From Octopus sinensis (Eukaryota), in the NCBI RefSeq assembly GCF_006345805.1, contig NW_021836012.1, forward strand, positions 1-26,070: a DNA stretch of 26,070 bases. The letters run 5' to 3'. Position 1 is the stretch's first letter. Each line of letters starts with the position of its first letter. The notes under the pieces were generated by a model. That model made no database searches. It was not told the DNA's origin and saw only the letters and a list, made by a program, of their open reading frames with translations. The translations under genes were made by a program, and so were the position numbers. This document shows, one piece after another, positions 22,031 through 26,070 of this stretch.

Positions 22031-22638
22031 TTGTTGTTACTGTTGCTGTTGCTGCTGCCATCGCTTTTATTGGAAAAAGTCGTGCTTATTCATGGCGGTA
22101 CGTTGTAGACTGAAATATTCAAAGAAATACCTAGCGTTCGGTCTTAATATTGAAGCTGCTACCACCATAACAGACATCGGTTAACAAGAAAGAAGACATA
22201 CGAATAAAAGTTTGTGTAATGATATTAAACTCACATTCTTTGCATATTATAATTTATGGAAAAAATTAATACATTGAAACTGTCATGTCGGCGAAAAGCA
22301 GCACTTTATATACATTACTTACAGATAGTGTCTACATAAATGTATTTCTTCAACTCCATCTCTTGCAAATAAGAAGCCGTACTTTCACTTGAGTTAAGTA
22401 TTTAACGGTAAAAATTGATGCGTTTCTACTTCAATAAAATGAACTGAGGAAGTCTTTACAAGTGAGGTGTGTCGCCCGACTTCACTTCACTGATATAAAA
22501 CCTCAATACTTGTTATTAATGTTCACTTATGCCACTGTTCCTCTCTCATTAATAATTGTTGAGATGTAAATGGCAGAAGTCTTACACTGCACTTTAATGT
22601 GCTGTCATTTTTCTAAGGAAAGTGTTTAAATCAACAAG

Positions 22639-22639
<1 letters not shown>

Positions 22640-22701
<62 letters not shown>

Positions 22702-22726
22702 CATTATTATTATTATTATTATTATT
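22640..22726. repeat. (ATT)n microsatellite
   Basis: Direct reading. Confidence 0.95.
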
Positions 22727-22730
22727 GGGC

Positions 22731-23020
22731 AAGGTGACGAGGTGACAGAATCATTATCGCTCTGAACAAAATGCTTAACAGCATTTTGTCGGTTCTTACG
22801 TTCTGAGTTCAAATTCCGACGAGGTCGACTTTGGCTTTTATCCTTTCGGGTTCGATGAAATAAGCACCAGTTGCGCACTAAGGGGAGAGTCGATGTTATC
22901 GACTGCCCCTCCCTAAAAATTTCAGACCTTGTACCTATAGTAGAAAAGATCGATGGGATTGATATAATTGACTTAATCCCTTCCCCCAAAATTTGAGGCC
23001 TTGTGCTTCCAGTAGAAAGG
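22731..23020 (+). mobile_element. SINE S1 with duplicated type B tail (second tail about 22954-23020)
   Basis: Head and Meta-like core, then ...gaccttgtacctatagtagaaaagat and again ...ggccttgtgcttccagtagaaagg(att)n. Confidence 0.85.
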
Positions 23021-23093
23021 ATTATTATTATTATATTATTATTATTATTATTATATTATTATTATTATTATTATTATTGTTATTATTATTATT

Positions 23094-23667
23094 GAGTGAG
23101 AGAGCAGTTCATGCCATCAAAGTGACACTGGGGTAAAATATACGAAGCCCAATATACCCATCATGACTACCCGTCTGATAAGGGTACACCAAGCACATGA
23201 TTCACAACCATATGTGCGCGACATGGTGATCTCATATCAAGGTAAACAGCGCATAGTCTTGTAGGTGGGGCCCAGTTAGAATTTTCTTCAGGTCGAGTAG
23301 CCCATCCCGCTCAAAAGGTCCCTGAATAAGGGTTGTTTAAGGATGTTGAAAGAACCACCCATGTTTCCAGAGGTGAATTATTCAAACCCCAAAGAATCCC
23401 TCTCAACACATGGCTATGATGCTCCCCCACTACTTCTGCTCATGATCAGAGATGCACATATCGTCAGCCACTAAGGGACATGCTCAACTGGTTAAGGTCA
23501 AACAACTGACAAGCAAATCTGTGGTATTGAGCAGAATATTTGCTGTAGCCCATCTTTTATACCAAGACAATTCAATGTACATGATGACACTTCCAATCAG
23601 TTAAGATCAGAAGCCATGAGAGCCACTGCCTGGTACTGCATCAGGGCATTATACTGCATCAGGGCAT
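23094..23667 (-). mobile_element. ~570-bp non-coding element flanked by (ATT)n on both sides
   Basis: Sharp boundaries with (ATT)n at 23021-23093 and 23668-23784. No ORF of 60 aa or more in the track. Second copy of one end at 79-184. Terminal 16-mer duplicated (23634-23649, 23652-23667). Confidence 0.8.
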
Positions 23668-23719
23668 AATTATTATTATTATTATTATTATTATATTATT
23701 ATTATTATTATTATTATCA

Positions 23720-23785
<66 letters not shown>

Positions 23786-23803
23786 GTTGTGGTGAAGATG
23801 GTG

Positions 23804-24012
23804 ATGGTGGTGGCTCGGAAGAATCGCTAGATCAACAAGAAAATGTCTTGCAGTGTTTCTCCCGGTTCTCTATTTCTGAGTTCAAATCCTGCCGGGTTCA
23901 AATTTGCTTTTCATCCTTTCGGGATTAATAAAATATGGTTCTAATCAAATAGTAACTTTGAGGGTATCTACTAACCCTCCTCCCCTCAAAATTGCTCGCC
24001 TTATGTCTAAAT
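23804..24012 (+). mobile_element. SINE S1, very diverged copy
   Basis: ttctgagttcaaatcctgccggg...ttgcttttcatcctttcggg...cccctcaaaattgctcgccttatg. Confidence 0.65.
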
Positions 24013-24207
24013 CATAACACCCATAAGGCGGCGAGCTGGCAGAATCGATAGAGCATCGCAAAAATGCCACACGATGTTTGTTCAGGCTCTTTAGATTTTG
24101 GATTCAATTCTTACCGAAACCAACTTTGCCTTCGTTCTCTCGGGGTCGATATAATAAAGTACCAATGAAGTGACTTATCGAATAACCCACTCACCTCAAA
24201 ATTGTTG

Positions 24208-25025
24208 GGATCTTTTCGGTTTGACCGGCAGTTTTTTCTAGCGGTTTCATATGAAATTGTCACCCATAATTATGACCCTAGTATCGATGTATTGCATTTC
24301 AATCTGTTTTAGGGTTAGGTTTAGGGGTGGGGGAAAGGTATCTTTTTTTCTTCAGAGATGTAAATAAACCCAATCTGTTTCTTAAACGAGGGACATATTC
24401 ATACGGCACAGAATGTTTTCACCTCAATAGACGTTCATTGATTGGTTGAAATTGCAGAAATTGAAGAAAAAAACAACAAATATCTTACAAACTATGCAAT
24501 TTTCTCAATAAAGCCAAGAAAAAAAGATGTTTTATAAACACATTCTACCAGTATACGGTGGAGGCGCAATGGCCCAGTGGTTAGGGCAGCGGACTCGCGG
24601 TCGTAGGATCGCGGTTTCGATTCCCAGACCGGGCGTTGTGAGTGTTTATTGAGCGAAAAACACCTAAAAAATCTCCACGAGGCTCCGGCAGGGGATGGTG
24701 GTGATCCCTGCTGTACTCTTTCACCACAACTTTCTCTCACTCTTACTTCCTGTTTCTGTTGTACCTGTATTTCAAAGGGCCGGCCTTGTCACTCTCTGTG
24801 TCACGCTGAATATCCCCGAGAACTACGTTAAGGGTACACGTGTCTGTGGAGTGCTCAGCCACTTACACGTTAATTTCACGAGCAGGCTGTTCCGTTGATT
24901 CGGATCAACCGGAACCCTCGTCGTCGTAACCGACGGAGTGCTTCCACCCACCAGTATACGAAGTTTAAAAGTGCTTAGCTACGTGGGAATTATTTTAAAA
25001 ACTGCCGTTCAAACCGAAAATATCC
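24208..25025. mobile_element. MITE with 29-bp TIRs and 8-bp TSD (~415 bp without the nested SINE)
   Basis: TIRs ggatcttttcggtttgaccggcagttttt (24208-24236) and aaaaactgccgttcaaaccgaaaatatcc (24997-25025), 27/29 matches. TSD aattgttg at 24200-24207 and 25026-25033. Confidence 0.92.
24558..24949 (+). mobile_element. SINE S3, full length and young, 11-bp TSD, nested in the MITE
   Basis: A-box TGGCCCAGTGG, B-box GGTTTCGATTCC. TSD accagtatacg at 24547-24557 and 24950-24960. Confidence 0.96.
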
Positions 25026-25482
25026 AATTGTTGGCCTGGTAACTGAATCAGAATTCATTATTTTGGGATCGTGAAATATTCATTTATTTTGGGCGTGAAA
25101 TGACATTAATTTTAAGCGAAATGAAATGACATTAATTTTAAAACAAGTGGTATCATGATTTTTTTTTTTCTCAATTGCATACAGCGCCGCAAATCACAGT
25201 TTTACACATGAAGAGAATTAAATTTGTTTGGCATTCAGTTCTTTCTCATCGACATATAGGGGACATTTAGATGACACCATCCGGAAATATATAAAAAAAA
25301 AAAAAAAAAATGTGAAATTGCCTTAGCATTAACAGTTTGCCATCAATTCCAATTTCGCTTTCAATTCACTATTTCTACCAGATAATCACAGCAGATTACG
25401 GTGTATAAACAGCAACCAAATAATGAATAACACATTTGATGGTGTTGGCCGGTGACAAAATTGGAGACAGACCGTCAGCGAC

Positions 25483-25893
25483 CTCTCTCTTTCTCTCTTT
25501 TACTTGTTTCAGTCATTTGACTGCGGCCATGCTGGAGCACCGTCTTTAATCGAGCAAATCGACCCCGGGACTTATTCTTTTTGTAAGCCCAGTACTTATT
25601 CTATCGGTCTCTTTTGCCGAACCGCTAAGTGACGGGGACGTAAACACACCAGCATCGGTCGTCAAGCAATGCTAGGGAGACAAACACAGACACACAAACA
25701 CACACACACATATATATATATACATATATACGACAGGCTTCTTTCAGTTTCCGTCTCCCAAATCCACTCACAAGGCATTGGTCGGCCCGAGGCTATAGCA
25801 GAAGACACTTGCCCAAGATGCCACGCAGTGGGACTGAACCCGGAACCATGTGGTTGTTTAGCAAGCTACTTACCACACAGCCACTCCGGCGCC
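25483..25893 (-). mobile_element. SINE S2, full length
   Basis: Near-identical to 2284-2705. Confidence 0.92.
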
Positions 25894-26024
25894 TATGTAG
25901 CTCTTATAACTGATACGTCTGTTATGCGGATAAGTTATTACTTGCAGAGGGACAAGAATTAAAAGAATAAATATGCATCAATCGTTATCCGCCCCCCCGC
26001 CACAAGCTTGAAAATAAGAATATA

Positions 26025-26027
<3 letters not shown>

Positions 26028-26065
<38 letters not shown>
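26028..26065. repeat. (CT)n microsatellite
   Basis: Direct reading. Confidence 0.95.
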
Positions 26066-26068
<3 letters not shown>

Positions 26069-26070
26069 TA

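Larger units (their letters stand above)
24027..25050 (+). mobile_element. SINE S1, diverged, tail interrupted by a MITE (segments 24027-24207 and 25026-~25050)
   Basis: Head ggcggcgagctggcagaatcg. Tail ctcaaaattgttg|MITE|aattgttggcctgg rejoins into the S1 tail motif. Confidence 0.75.

Noticed and set aside
23423-23635. Resemblance of the non-coding element to U1 snRNA (TACCAGGCAG and GTAGTGGGGGA on the minus strand)
   Set aside because: Only two short matches, about 200 nt apart versus roughly 125-130 in U1, with no similarity in between.
24305-24332. Telomere-like TTAGGG (and taaccctaa at 10465 and 10631)
   Set aside because: One or two units only, internal to a MITE or a duplicated unit. 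Not an interstitial telomeric array.
24562-24630. tRNA-like sequence (also the heads of S1 and S2)
   Set aside because: A and B boxes are present, but there is no closed acceptor stem and the sequence runs into a SINE body with a TSD. These are SINE heads, not tRNA genes.
24492-24898. ORFs recurring in several places (MSEKHLKNLHEAPAG..., MVVIPAVLFHH..., ...FQSFDCGHAGAPP...)
   Set aside because: They recur only because they lie inside SINE copies S2 and S3. No coding features.
25096-25141. 20-bp direct repeat tgaaatgacattaattttaa x2
   Set aside because: Two copies with a 6-nt spacer in AT-rich DNA fit ordinary slippage duplication. Not CRISPR-like and no element boundary.

Overview
AT-rich eukaryotic DNA made almost entirely of repeats. 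I recognise no host protein-coding exon, rRNA, true tRNA gene or CRISPR array. The SINE families and microsatellite density suggest an octopus (coleoid cephalopod) intron or intergenic region (inference from recalled repeat families). Contents: (i) four tRNA-derived SINE families, labelled S1-S4 here, about 20 copies or fragments; (ii) three remnants of Dong/R4-clade (RLE-type) non-LTR retrotransposons, two stacked inside an (AAT)n tract; (iii) a ~570-bp non-coding (AAT)n-flanked element, with a second, truncated copy; (iv) a Rex3/Expander-like RTE LINE 3' end; (v) a full-length dead DD34D mariner, an internally deleted mariner and two MITEs; (vi) a well-formed minimal type I hammerhead ribozyme (6072-6129, minus) and two degenerate hammerhead-like motifs; (vii) a ~100-bp-arm inverted duplication, a 166-bp tandem duplication, a 760-bp TATG/TACG/TGCA compound array and many microsatellites. 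Nearly all ORFs in the supplied track are artefacts of microsatellites or SINEs. Irregular single-base interruptions in (TA)n tracts may be long-read errors, so fine detail inside microsatellites is unreliable. All alignments, translations and base-pairings were done by eye.
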